DNA from: a virus
Direction: 5' to 3' (one strand)
Virus record (IMG/VR): IMGVR_UViG_3300031215_000009
Coordinates: 1-64,000 of that record
Length of the DNA: 64,000 bases
Under the pieces are notes generated by a model that ran no database searches, was not told where the DNA came from, and worked only from the letters and a program-made list of their open reading frames with translations. Each line of letters opens with the position of its first letter. Positions within the stretch are counted from its first letter, which is position 1. The position numbers were made by a program, and so were the translations under genes. This document shows positions 21,262-30,006 of this stretch, one piece after another.

Positions 21262-21604
21262 ATGGCACAAATAACAAATTTAAAACACATAAAAAAGAAA
21301 GTAGAGGCTGCAAGAGTTCTTGTAGCCTCTTATTAGGTGCGGTACGTTATCGACAGGAATTAACATAAAAAATATCCATAATATTCACTTTACTGAATCG
21401 TTTAAATCAGATGTTATTGTAAGACAGTCTATTGGTAGAGGTTTAAGACAACATAAAGATAAAGATAAATTAAGAGTTTATGATTTTGTAGATTGTCTTA
21501 ATACTGGAAAAGATAACATGTTAATGAATCATTCAAGAGTTAGACGAACAATCTACAAAGAACAACAATTTGATTATATTATCAAGAAAGTACATTTAAT
21601 TTAA
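21262..21604 (+). CDS. uvsW: UvsW C-terminal part, interrupted by 7 nt (TAGGTGC, 21334-21340); absent from the ORF track
   Basis: 21262-21333 reads MAQITNLKHIKKEVEAARVLVASY. 21341-21604 in the +1 frame reads GTLSTGINIKNIHNIHF...RQSIGRGLR...VYDFVD..., i.e. helicase motifs V and VI. Confidence 0.85.
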
Positions 21605-21694
21605 TAATGGTCTCATAGAGTTAAATACTTTATGAGACCTTTTATTTTTTATAAAGTTTTTAATTACATTAAATAATTAAAAGAAATATAGTAA

Positions 21695-22042
21695 ATGAAG
21701 AGTTTAAATGAATTTTTAAAGGAAGAGGTATCTGATAAGTTAGAAGAAAGAACTGTTCAAGTTAAAAGAAAATATGGTATTCATGATTCTATCAAAGTTG
21801 GAGCAATTGCACCAGTTAGATTAAAAATATTAGGATTTATTGCAGAAAAAGGTCATTGTACTAAAGATGAATTAAAAGAATTTATAAATTCTAAAAATGA
21901 AGATTCAGGGACAAGAACTAATATGTCTTGGTTAAGAAAAAATGCAAAATATATTACAGAATTTGAAAAAGATGGTTGTAGTTGTTGTAAACTTTCTAAA
22001 CTTGGTAAAAGAGTTATAAACAAAACAAATATCAACGATTAA
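21695..22042 (+). CDS. Small basic protein, winged-helix-like, with a capsid-targeting-like N-terminus
   Basis: Starts MKSLNEFLKEE; contains RLKILGFI...TKDEL...CKLSKLGKR. Confidence 0.5.
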   Translation: MKSLNEFLKEEVSDKLEERTVQVKRKYGIHDSIKVGAIAPVRLKILGFIAEKGHCTKDELKEFINSKNEDSGTRTNMSWLRKNAKYITEFEKDGCSCCKLSKLGKRVINKTNIND

Positions 22043-22108
22043 TAGTTTAATTCGCAATTAAATCTAATTAGGATTAAATATAGTAACTAAAAAATATAAA
22101 CATAAAAA

Positions 22109-22702
22109 ATGAAAAATTTAACAGGATTTATAAACGAGGCTCAAAAGTCTAAAAAACAAAAAGAATATCAAGATTTCTTTGATAAGAAATTAGAAAAATA
22201 TAATGTAAAATCACCTGCAGAACTTGATGATGCTGAAAAGAAAAAATTCTTTAATGAAATAGATAAAGAATGGACAGGTGAAGCTACAAACGAAAAGAAA
22301 GTAGAAGAAGATTTCGATTCTGAAGATGATGAAGATTCTGAAGACTTGAAAGATAAGAAAGATAAAGACGATAAGAAAGACAAAAAAGAAGAAGATGAGG
22401 ATGATGAAGAAGATGAGGATGATGAAGAAGATGAAGATGATGAAGAGGATGATGAAGAAGATGAAGATGAAGAAGAAGATGAGGAAAAAGTTGATGAAAG
22501 TTTAATAACAGAAAAAGAATCTAAATTTGCTAAAAAATTCAAAGGGTTAGTAGATAGTAAAGATATTGCAGGAATTAGAAACGGTGTAAAAAACGTTTTC
22601 GCTGATTTAGCAGAAGAAGGAGCAGCTAATGAAGATATTAGAGAATTTATTCAAATGTATGTTGATATTTCATTGGATCAAATCGAAGCATCTGTTGGAT
22701 AA
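22109..22702 (+). CDS. Highly acidic internal head/prohead core-type protein
   Basis: Starts MKNLTGFINE; long D/E tract encoded by GAA/GAT/GAG repeats (about 22388-22485). Confidence 0.55.
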   Translation: MKNLTGFINEAQKSKKQKEYQDFFDKKLEKYNVKSPAELDDAEKKKFFNEIDKEWTGEATNEKKVEEDFDSEDDEDSEDLKDKKDKDDKKDKKEEDEDDEEDEDDEEDEDDEEDDEEDEDEEEDEEKVDESLITEKESKFAKKFKGLVDSKDIAGIRNGVKNVFADLAEEGAANEDIREFIQMYVDISLDQIEASVG

Positions 22703-22763
22703 GTATAATAAAACACAACAAAACACATTAAAAAAGGAATCTCAAAAGGATTCCTTTTTTTAT

Positions 22764-22791
22764 TGATTAAATATTAAAACTTAGAATTACT
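22764..22791 (+). repeat. 28-bp promoter/leader direct repeat, copy 1
   Basis: TGATTAAATATTAAAACTTAGAATTACT, identical to 26487-26514. Confidence 0.9.
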
Positions 22792-22795
22792 ATAC

Positions 22796-24073
22796 ATGGC
22801 AAATTGTAACATTATAACTTTAAAAGGAACATCTTCGATTTCAAATGATAGAATCATTATAAATGAAAATTTTAAAAACCTTATTGGGTGTTTAAAAGAA
22901 CTACAATCTTTAGTAGATTCTGGAAATATAGATATTAATAGTAATTCTGTTAGTAATGATTCGAATGTTCCTGGTAATACTGTTACCAATGCACTAAATA
23001 ATTTATTATCTTCAATGTCAACAAGTAATTCAGTTACTTTAGTTGATTTACTTGATGATTTACCATATATTGGTAGTAGTGGTGATTTATGTTTTGTTAG
23101 AGATATAACTGCAAAAACAACACCTATAAGTGCATTATATATTTATGATACAGAATGGAAACAATTAATTAGGGAAGATTCAAATACGTACATAACAGAT
23201 TTGAATGATGCTATCGAATCACCGGGTCTAAATATAATAGGAGCAACCGTCGCAGATATAAAAGGTAAAACATTCTCAGATTTCATTGATATTTACGTGT
23301 TTCCAACTGTAGCAGCATCAATATCAGCAAACGAATCTGCTAATATAGTTTATGCTGGTGCATCTTCAACTGTTGAAGTAGGTACCACACTAGATGTTAC
23401 ATTAACTGCAACATTTAATAGAGGTTCTATACAAAATGGTGATGGTAGTTCAGGTCCATTATTAGTAGGTTTACCAAATCAATATGAATTTTCTGGACCT
23501 GGTATTTCGGTTCCTGTTGTAATTACATCAACAAATTTATCTGAAATATTAACAACTGCAAATACTGGAATGTCAACAGTATTAGCGATTTTCGGTTCAC
23601 AAAATTGGGGAATTGATATTGATTATGATGCTGGAAGTGGTACTTATTTAGATTCTAAAGGAAATGTTGCTAATAATCTTGATGGTAGTAGAGTATCTGG
23701 AAATGATACAGATGATACACCAAATATTACAGGTAGATATTATGTATTTTATGATACTGGTTCAATAGTATCAAATTCAGCACAAGTTAGAAATTCATCA
23801 GGAAAAGTATTTTTATCTGCATCTAATACTGGTTCATTTACTATAAATATACCATTAAATACAGCAGAAGTATATTTTTCAGTTCCTACTGGAAAATCAG
23901 TACAAGTAAATTACGTACAAAGTTCAAATGCAGACGTAACAGGGTCATTTGCTAGTTCAACATTTAATGTTGATGATGCTAGTGGTTCTGCAGTATCTTA
24001 TGATACTTGGCGTTCTACTATTGGTGGTGGAGGTTATCCTGCAAATGCAACATATAACGTAGTAATAAGTTAA
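22796..24073 (+). CDS. Tail fibre/appendage adaptor protein
   Basis: N-terminal IINENFKNL anchor similar to 3811; S/T/G-rich beta-sandwich-like body. Confidence 0.55.
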   Translation: MANCNIITLKGTSSISNDRIIINENFKNLIGCLKELQSLVDSGNIDINSNSVSNDSNVPGNTVTNALNNLLSSMSTSNSVTLVDLLDDLPYIGSSGDLCFVRDITAKTTPISALYIYDTEWKQLIREDSNTYITDLNDAIESPGLNIIGATVADIKGKTFSDFIDIYVFPTVAASISANESANIVYAGASSTVEVGTTLDVTLTATFNRGSIQNGDGSSGPLLVGLPNQYEFSGPGISVPVVITSTNLSEILTTANTGMSTVLAIFGSQNWGIDIDYDAGSGTYLDSKGNVANNLDGSRVSGNDTDDTPNITGRYYVFYDTGSIVSNSAQVRNSSGKVFLSASNTGSFTINIPLNTAEVYFSVPTGKSVQVNYVQSSNADVTGSFASSTFNVDDASGSAVSYDTWRSTIGGGGYPANATYNVVIS

Positions 24074-24087
24074 AAATAAAACAATAA

Positions 24088-25743
24088 ATGAGTTTTTTCA
24101 ATTTACCCTTTCCTATCAGAATTGCGGGTGCTGACCCAGTTGATGGAGAAAGATACTTAGCAGCAGATTTAACAGAAAGAAATGATTTAATAGGTTCAGG
24201 AAGAGAATATGATGGTTTACAAGTATTTGTAGAATCTGAAAAACTATTATATATTTTAGAAGATAAAACGATTCCAACTTGGACAGTTATCGGTTCAGGT
24301 GGTTCTATTGACTTACCTTTAAAGTATTATTGGATAGTTGACCCAATAAATGGTGATGATTCAACGGGAGAAAAAGGTAATATATTAAAACCACATGCTA
24401 CAATAGCAGGGGCGGAATTAGGAGCAACTTCTGGTGATACTATAAAAATAGTTTCTGATATTGTTGAAGCAAATTGTGGTAAAGATGGATTAACTTATAT
24501 ATTTGACGAAAATGTTCAAATGTATTGGCCAAGCACTAATGCTAACATTACAGGACAAAACTGGAATGCTCTTTTTACAGATTATGGTGCTACTGGAACA
24601 GAAGTTATGTCATATACTATAATAGGTGGTAAGTTTCTTGCAGGTAGTTATTGGTATGGTAATTGGCGAAGAAGTGTAGTACGATTAAATGCTGCATCTA
24701 GTGTGAAAATGATTGCAGCAGAAACTATTGGGATGGAACAAAATGATGGGTGGATATTTCACATGGTTGGTGACAATTCAAGAATTGATGTTACTTGTAG
24801 TGGAGATATAACAAATTCTTATGAAGTATTAAGAATTAATGGAAATAATGTTACTGCTAATATACATACACAATCTAGTATAGTGCCTATTGAAAATTCT
24901 GGAATTGTTATTGTTAGAACTAGTGCTGTATCTAATTATCATGTAGTGATTACCGCAGAAATAAATATGTCAACAAGAGGTCATGATATTGGTGTAGAAC
25001 GTAGACCATTTCATTTGCGTGGTTCTACTAATAGTACAAAAAAGAGTACAGTTGTTATAAACACTCCAGTATTTGATTATTATGATAATTATCCTAATAC
25101 TGCAGGTGACGAATACGGTTTAGTTACTTTAGTTGAAACTGGCGTTAATATATATGTAGCATTTAATGCAGATATAGTTAAAATTCATCATGACGTTTCA
25201 ATACCTGGAGGTTATTATCAAGGTGGTAGAGCAGGTTTATATAGTTCTTCAGGTGGTCAAAACTTTACATTCGCACATATAGATTTTAATATTAGACTAT
25301 TACTTTTAGGGATTAATCACAATCTAGATTATTGTAGAAATACAACAGCTGCTGCAAAACCTAAAACTCTCATTAATCTTATAGATTGTACTATTGTTTC
25401 ATATACTGATAACGCAGATACATATAATGATTGGAGAACTAATTCAAACAGAGATAACACTGTATTAATTCCTACTATGTACACAAATTACGTTTTTAAA
25501 GGTGACACTGTTGTTGTTATGAATCCAGTAGGTGCAACTGCAGGTAAAAAAGTAATAGGAAGTTACGATAATGTTAATGATGGTGCATTTATAATGGGTG
25601 AATTTGTATCTAATGCTGATATTAAAAATACAACTTTCGAGGATTTATATACTGGAACAGATTATGCAACTGGTATACCTAAAATGAAACTATTAAATAA
25701 CAATATATTAACAGACTACACAAATTATGAAAATATAATATAA
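24088..25743 (+). CDS. Tail spike/receptor-binding protein with probable beta-helix
   Basis: IVDPINGDDSTG...KPHATIAGA...GDTIKI entry motif of pectate-lyase-like beta-helices. Confidence 0.6.
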   Translation: MSFFNLPFPIRIAGADPVDGERYLAADLTERNDLIGSGREYDGLQVFVESEKLLYILEDKTIPTWTVIGSGGSIDLPLKYYWIVDPINGDDSTGEKGNILKPHATIAGAELGATSGDTIKIVSDIVEANCGKDGLTYIFDENVQMYWPSTNANITGQNWNALFTDYGATGTEVMSYTIIGGKFLAGSYWYGNWRRSVVRLNAASSVKMIAAETIGMEQNDGWIFHMVGDNSRIDVTCSGDITNSYEVLRINGNNVTANIHTQSSIVPIENSGIVIVRTSAVSNYHVVITAEINMSTRGHDIGVERRPFHLRGSTNSTKKSTVVINTPVFDYYDNYPNTAGDEYGLVTLVETGVNIYVAFNADIVKIHHDVSIPGGYYQGGRAGLYSSSGGQNFTFAHIDFNIRLLLLGINHNLDYCRNTTAAAKPKTLINLIDCTIVSYTDNADTYNDWRTNSNRDNTVLIPTMYTNYVFKGDTVVVMNPVGATAGKKVIGSYDNVNDGAFIMGEFVSNADIKNTTFEDLYTGTDYATGIPKMKLLNNNILTDYTNYENII

Positions 25744-25748
25744 TAGAT

Positions 25749-25982
25749 ATGAAAACTTATAACACAAAGAAAATAAACTTATTTTTCACTTTTGATAGTG
25801 AAGGAAATGTAATAGAAGGTAGTAAATTTGTTGGTGTTACTTATCTTGATGAAGATGGACAAAGATTTGAACCAGAAGGTAAACGTTCTAGTTTAGCAGT
25901 TCAATATGAACAAATGACAATAGAACAAAAAGAAGCATTTGATACATTAATAGAATCTTATGTGAATCTTAAAGACCAATAA
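25749..25982 (+). CDS. Small hypothetical protein (possible fibre chaperone)
   Basis: 77-aa ORF coupled to the spike gene. Confidence 0.4.
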   Translation: MKTYNTKKINLFFTFDSEGNVIEGSKFVGVTYLDEDGQRFEPEGKRSSLAVQYEQMTIEQKEAFDTLIESYVNLKDQ

Positions 25983-25996
25983 AAATATATAGCATT

Positions 25997-26473
25997 ATGC
26001 AAAATATTAATCAATTAAAAACATTATTTAAGGTAAAAGATTTATATTCTTTTACTTTATATCCTAATTTAAAAGAAGAGGTTATAATAAATGCTTTATT
26101 AAAAGATATTAAAGATTATGATTTACCAAAGGAAGTTTTTAATTTATTATTAGAAGCTTGGAATAGTAGATTTTGGGTAACTCATGGGTATGATGGAGCA
26201 ACTATAATAAAAAATAAGAAGCATCCAGCAATTGCAAATTTCTTGCATGATTATATGTGGAGATTTGGAATGGGTGGATATAAAAGTGATTTTATATATA
26301 AAAAATTATTACCAATAACAGGATATAAAAATACAACAGCTTTAAAAAGATTTTACATAATAAGATTAGCTTGGTTATTTCATTATAAATGGAAACATAT
26401 ATTTAAAGATAATAAATTACCTATTAGTATTAATGTTAATAATTTGTACATAAAATTAAAAGAACACATTTAG
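25997..26473 (+). CDS. Hypothetical protein, DUF1353-like
   Basis: YDGAT...FLHDYMW...SD pattern. Confidence 0.4.
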   Translation: MQNINQLKTLFKVKDLYSFTLYPNLKEEVIINALLKDIKDYDLPKEVFNLLLEAWNSRFWVTHGYDGATIIKNKKHPAIANFLHDYMWRFGMGGYKSDFIYKKLLPITGYKNTTALKRFYIIRLAWLFHYKWKHIFKDNKLPISINVNNLYIKLKEHI

Positions 26474-26486
26474 TGTTCTTTTTTTA

Positions 26487-26514
26487 TGATTAAATATTAA
26501 AACTTAGAATTACT
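26487..26514 (+). repeat. 28-bp promoter/leader direct repeat, copy 2
   Basis: Identical to 22764-22791. Confidence 0.9.
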
Positions 26515-26517
26515 TTT

Positions 26518-27444
26518 ATGAACAAATTATATGAAGGTGGAAATGCCGTTAGTAACGTTATGCCAATTAGAGCAGAAGATACAATACCTACTCTTAAAGA
26601 TATAGACACTAAAATTTTATCAAGATTTTTAAAATTAAAGAAAAATGAATGGGCTGCGTTAGGTTCAACAGGTAAAAAGTTACCCGGACAATCAAGTGGC
26701 GATATTGATTTAGCAATTGATATTAATAAAATTGCAAAATCTTATAAAATACAAACTAATGAAGTTGGTCAAAAAATACTTGATTTATTAGATTCTGCAT
26801 ATCCTAAGATGGAAAAAAACTATATGAAAGGATTAGAAATTATTTCATTAGCTTATCCAATTAAAGGTTCTGGTGGAAATGTTCAAGTAGATTTGATGTT
26901 ACAAGACAATATTGATTTTGCAAAATGGATGTTTCATAGTCCTGATTTTACTAAACACGAGTCTGAATGGAAAGGTTTATATAGAACGGAATTACTAAAA
27001 GCAATTGGTAATGCTATTTCTATTCCAGAAATGACAGAATATTTTGAAGATGAATTTGAAGGAAAATATAAAGGAACTATAAAGAAATTAGCAAGAAATA
27101 TGTTAGATCCAAACAAAGGTTATAAGAAACAATTGAAATCATTTGTTGGTAAAAAAGGAACACCTGTAAAAACTGGGAAAAGTGAATATGAAGAACTTAT
27201 AAGTAAAGACCCAGAATTCATTACAAAAGCATTATTAGGTCAATCTGCAACTATCAAAGATACTAATTCATTCGAAACTGTATGGAAAGTAATGCAAAAC
27301 AAAGATTTCCCATGGAAAGACCAACTGAATAAAATTGTAGTTAAATTTGCAGAGGTTCTTAGAGGTAAAGGTTTACCTATGCCAAAAGAACTTGGTATTT
27401 CAGAGAATTCTCGAATGAAAAAGTTTTCAGATATTAGACAATAA
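26518..27444 (+). CDS. Pol-beta superfamily nucleotidyltransferase
   Basis: LGSTGKK...SSGDIDLAI and VQVDLM catalytic pattern. Confidence 0.8.
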   Translation: MNKLYEGGNAVSNVMPIRAEDTIPTLKDIDTKILSRFLKLKKNEWAALGSTGKKLPGQSSGDIDLAIDINKIAKSYKIQTNEVGQKILDLLDSAYPKMEKNYMKGLEIISLAYPIKGSGGNVQVDLMLQDNIDFAKWMFHSPDFTKHESEWKGLYRTELLKAIGNAISIPEMTEYFEDEFEGKYKGTIKKLARNMLDPNKGYKKQLKSFVGKKGTPVKTGKSEYEELISKDPEFITKALLGQSATIKDTNSFETVWKVMQNKDFPWKDQLNKIVVKFAEVLRGKGLPMPKELGISENSRMKKFSDIRQ

Positions 27445-27445
27445 A

Positions 27446-27477
27446 TTTGTTTAACTTAAATAAAAATCGTATATTTA
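27446..27477 (+). promoter_or_regulatory. Bacteroidota-type sigma70 promoter-like element
   Basis: TTTG-N20-TATATTTA, compared with the consensus TTTG-N19-21-TAnnTTTG. Confidence 0.45.
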
Positions 27478-27506
27478 CATAATATACAAAACTAAATTAA
27501 TAAAAA

Positions 27507-27911
27507 ATGGCAGGACTACAACACTTATTCGATATTTATAGTAAACAAGGAAACGAGTTTATACAAGATATGTTTAGTAAACAATTAATTGTATCGGAAA
27601 AACCAGATGGTTGTCTAAAATATGATACTATTTTAGAAACCGAAGATGGATTAAAGACAATACAAGAAATATGCGAAACTCAATACAAAGGTAAAGTTAA
27701 ATCATATTGTATAGAAACTAATAGTATAGTTTGGGATTGTATAATAAATCATCTAATAAAGGAAGACCTTTCAAAAGTATGGTTTGAATTAGAATCTACC
27801 AATGGACAAATAATAACAGTAACTGGCAACCATAAAATATACTGTTCAGATTTAAAAATGTGGAAAAGAGTTGATGAATTAGATGGTACCGAATTGTTAT
27901 TGTTTAAATAA
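27507..27911 (+). CDS. RNA-ligase-like nucleotidyltransferase N-extein (35 aa) plus split intein N-half (Cys1 at 27612)
   Basis: VSEKPDG|CLKYDT...ITVTGNHKIY; KxDG is ligase motif I. Confidence 0.85.
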   Translation: MAGLQHLFDIYSKQGNEFIQDMFSKQLIVSEKPDGCLKYDTILETEDGLKTIQEICETQYKGKVKSYCIETNSIVWDCIINHLIKEDLSKVWFELESTNGQIITVTGNHKIYCSDLKMWKRVDELDGTELLLFK

Positions 27912-27980
27912 AGAAAGGGTATCATAGGAATTGTAGTTCCTCGCCCTTTCTTTAAAATAATTATTAACTAATGTATTTAA
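27904..27980 (+). ncRNA. Conserved structured leader of homing endonuclease genes, copy A
   Basis: TTAAATA, outer stem AAAGAAAGGG/CCCTTTCTTT, inner stem AGGAA/TTCCT, then ATGTATTTAA. Confidence 0.55.
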
Positions 27981-28033
27981 CACACTAAAAGAATGTCCAA
28001 TTTGCAAAAAGAAAATGAAATTTTTTGTAGGTA

Positions 28034-28194
28034 GACCGTGATGTAAATGCCGCTTGTAACATAAAATCTTTTACTTTAAAAAATATCTTGAGTACGGAAC
28101 ATACTCTTAAAAATCAAGGTAAGTTGCCAATATTAGTTGGAGCGTTAACCCTTGAAGCCCATCCCATCACCTCTGGCGTGGGTGGGTAGTTCAC
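28034..28194 (+). mobile_element. tnpB: IS200/IS605-family remnant: tnpB 3' end and right end (omega-RNA region)
   Basis: Frame reads DRDVNAACNIKSFTLKN...EAHPITSGVGG*, with a GC-rich subterminal hairpin and terminal TTCAC. Confidence 0.8.
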
Positions 28195-28269
28195 TAGTTC
28201 TTTGGGAAACATATATAAATAATGCGAGTGATTCGGAATTATTAAATACAATAACTAAAATAATATCAA

Positions 28270-29493
28270 ATGGAAATAACGAAAATAAAATCTATAAAGA
28301 AATTAGACAATAAATTTACTTGTTATGACATAACAACGGAAAAAACCCATAATTTCTTTGCTAATGAAATATTAGTTCACAATTCGTCATTTTCAGCACA
28401 ACAAAGAGAAGATGGTGGTATGGATTTCTTTAAAAGAGATGATAGACAACCAATATCTAAATTAGACAGAACAATAATGTCTTTATATGAACCACCAATT
28501 GAATTCATCGAAAAACAAATAGGTGATAAAAAGATTCCATCAAATTTAAGATTTGGATTTGAATATTTTCAAAATACTAAACCAGTTGCAATATCTTATG
28601 ATGTATTACCTAAGAATGGACTTGTGTTAACACACATGAAAGAAATGAATGATAAAGGTAAAGTAACAAAATTTATTGATGATCCAAAAACTTTGAATAA
28701 ATGGGCGAAATACTTTAATGTAGAGAACCCTTTTATCATTTTTGATGGTAAGTTAAGTCAATTACAAAAAGAACAATTAGAAGAGTTCCTTAACACACCA
28801 TTCGAAGACTTAGTTGCTAAGTTTAAAACTTCATCGTTTACTAAATACATTGTTTCTATTTTAAATCCAAAATTAAAAAAAACAGCACTAAATAATACTC
28901 TTGATAAACCAATTGAAGGATTAGTGTTCAAATTTAATGATGGTGAGTATCTGGCAAAAGTAGTTGACCCAATGTTTACTCAAATGGCAAGAGATAAGGC
29001 AAATGCAAGACACGCTGAAAAAAAGAATAATAAACAAAGTTCTGATGAATTTGGATTAGTTCTTTATACTTTTATTAATTGGATAGAAGAAAATCAAATA
29101 TTTAAAGATTTCATTGCAGATGGTGATAATGAAGATGAAAAATATGTTGATTTAATGACAAGAATTGCAAAGCGTTTTATTGACGAAAATGCTATATTCT
29201 TAAAAGGATTGAATATCAAAAAACCAGATTTTGCTAAAGCACCAGAATTTGCATTGAATACTAAAATGATTAAAAATAAAGAAGTTGTAGATTTCATAAA
29301 TAAAAATAGAAACCAAGAAGAAATATTCAAAATTTTGTTATCTGGGTTTAGGAAACTTAGAAAACGAAAAACTAATATGATTGATGAAAATTTGATGAAA
29401 CAAATCAATTCAGTTGTAAATCAAATAAGAACAATTACAAAAAAAGTAAACGAAGAATTTCTTTCATTTTCAGATTGGAAGAAAACATTGTAA
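28270..29493 (+). CDS. Split intein C-half (38 aa) plus remainder of the RNA-ligase-like protein
   Basis: CYDI...HNFFANEILVHN|SSF; later FGFEYF, IEGLVFK and LAKVVD (ligase motifs III, IV, V). Confidence 0.85.
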   Translation: MEITKIKSIKKLDNKFTCYDITTEKTHNFFANEILVHNSSFSAQQREDGGMDFFKRDDRQPISKLDRTIMSLYEPPIEFIEKQIGDKKIPSNLRFGFEYFQNTKPVAISYDVLPKNGLVLTHMKEMNDKGKVTKFIDDPKTLNKWAKYFNVENPFIIFDGKLSQLQKEQLEEFLNTPFEDLVAKFKTSSFTKYIVSILNPKLKKTALNNTLDKPIEGLVFKFNDGEYLAKVVDPMFTQMARDKANARHAEKKNNKQSSDEFGLVLYTFINWIEENQIFKDFIADGDNEDEKYVDLMTRIAKRFIDENAIFLKGLNIKKPDFAKAPEFALNTKMIKNKEVVDFINKNRNQEEIFKILLSGFRKLRKRKTNMIDENLMKQINSVVNQIRTITKKVNEEFLSFSDWKKTL

Positions 29494-29519
29494 TTAAATA
29501 CTAAAAATAACATAATATT

Positions 29520-29900
29520 ATGGCTAAGAAAAAAGAAGTGATTAACAAAGAAGTAACAAAAGTTGTTGATGAAGTGACAATTGAAGAAACTTCGGTAACT
29601 GAAGAAAAAGTTGAAGAAAAAGTTGAAGAAAAAGTTGAAGAAAAAGTTGAGGAAAAAGTTGAAGAAAAAGTTGAAGAAAAAGTTGAAGAAAAAGTTGAAG
29701 AAATAGATGTAGATATTACTATCGAAAACCCGGTTAAAGAAATAATTGTAAATGCTGTTATTGAAAATCCAAATTCTAAAAAAGTTGAAGGTAAAGGTAA
29801 AATTGTTAAATTATCACATAGAGTTGCAGTTTACGAAGATGGTACAGAACTAAAAATCACAAGTAAAAAACAACACGCTGAATTAAGAAAGCAAAGATAA
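29520..29900 (+). CDS. Hypothetical protein with (EEKV)8 tandem repeat
   Basis: 12-bp unit GAAGAAAAAGTT eight times at 29601-29696. Confidence 0.6.
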   Translation: MAKKKEVINKEVTKVVDEVTIEETSVTEEKVEEKVEEKVEEKVEEKVEEKVEEKVEEKVEEIDVDITIENPVKEIIVNAVIENPNSKKVEGKGKIVKLSHRVAVYEDGTELKITSKKQHAELRKQR

Positions 29901-30006
29901 ATAACTACTACCATGTATGTAAAAGCCCTGTATGTAGTTTAATAAAAGGTCTAGTTAATTCTAGACCTTTTTTGTTTGTATTAAATAAGAAAACAAATAT
30001 TATCAA

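Noticed and set aside
21334-21366. Genome-wide TAG reassignment or simple readthrough as the explanation of the uvsW stop
   Set aside because: TAG ends several normal genes (3754, 26473, 41681, 46959, 49345, 51341). Readthrough stays in the wrong frame and meets TAA within ten codons.
22168-22542. Poly-Ser ORF and the many other short antisense or overlapping ORFs in the track
   Set aside because: They are shadows of the strongly biased plus-strand coding sequence, with no motifs or expression signals.
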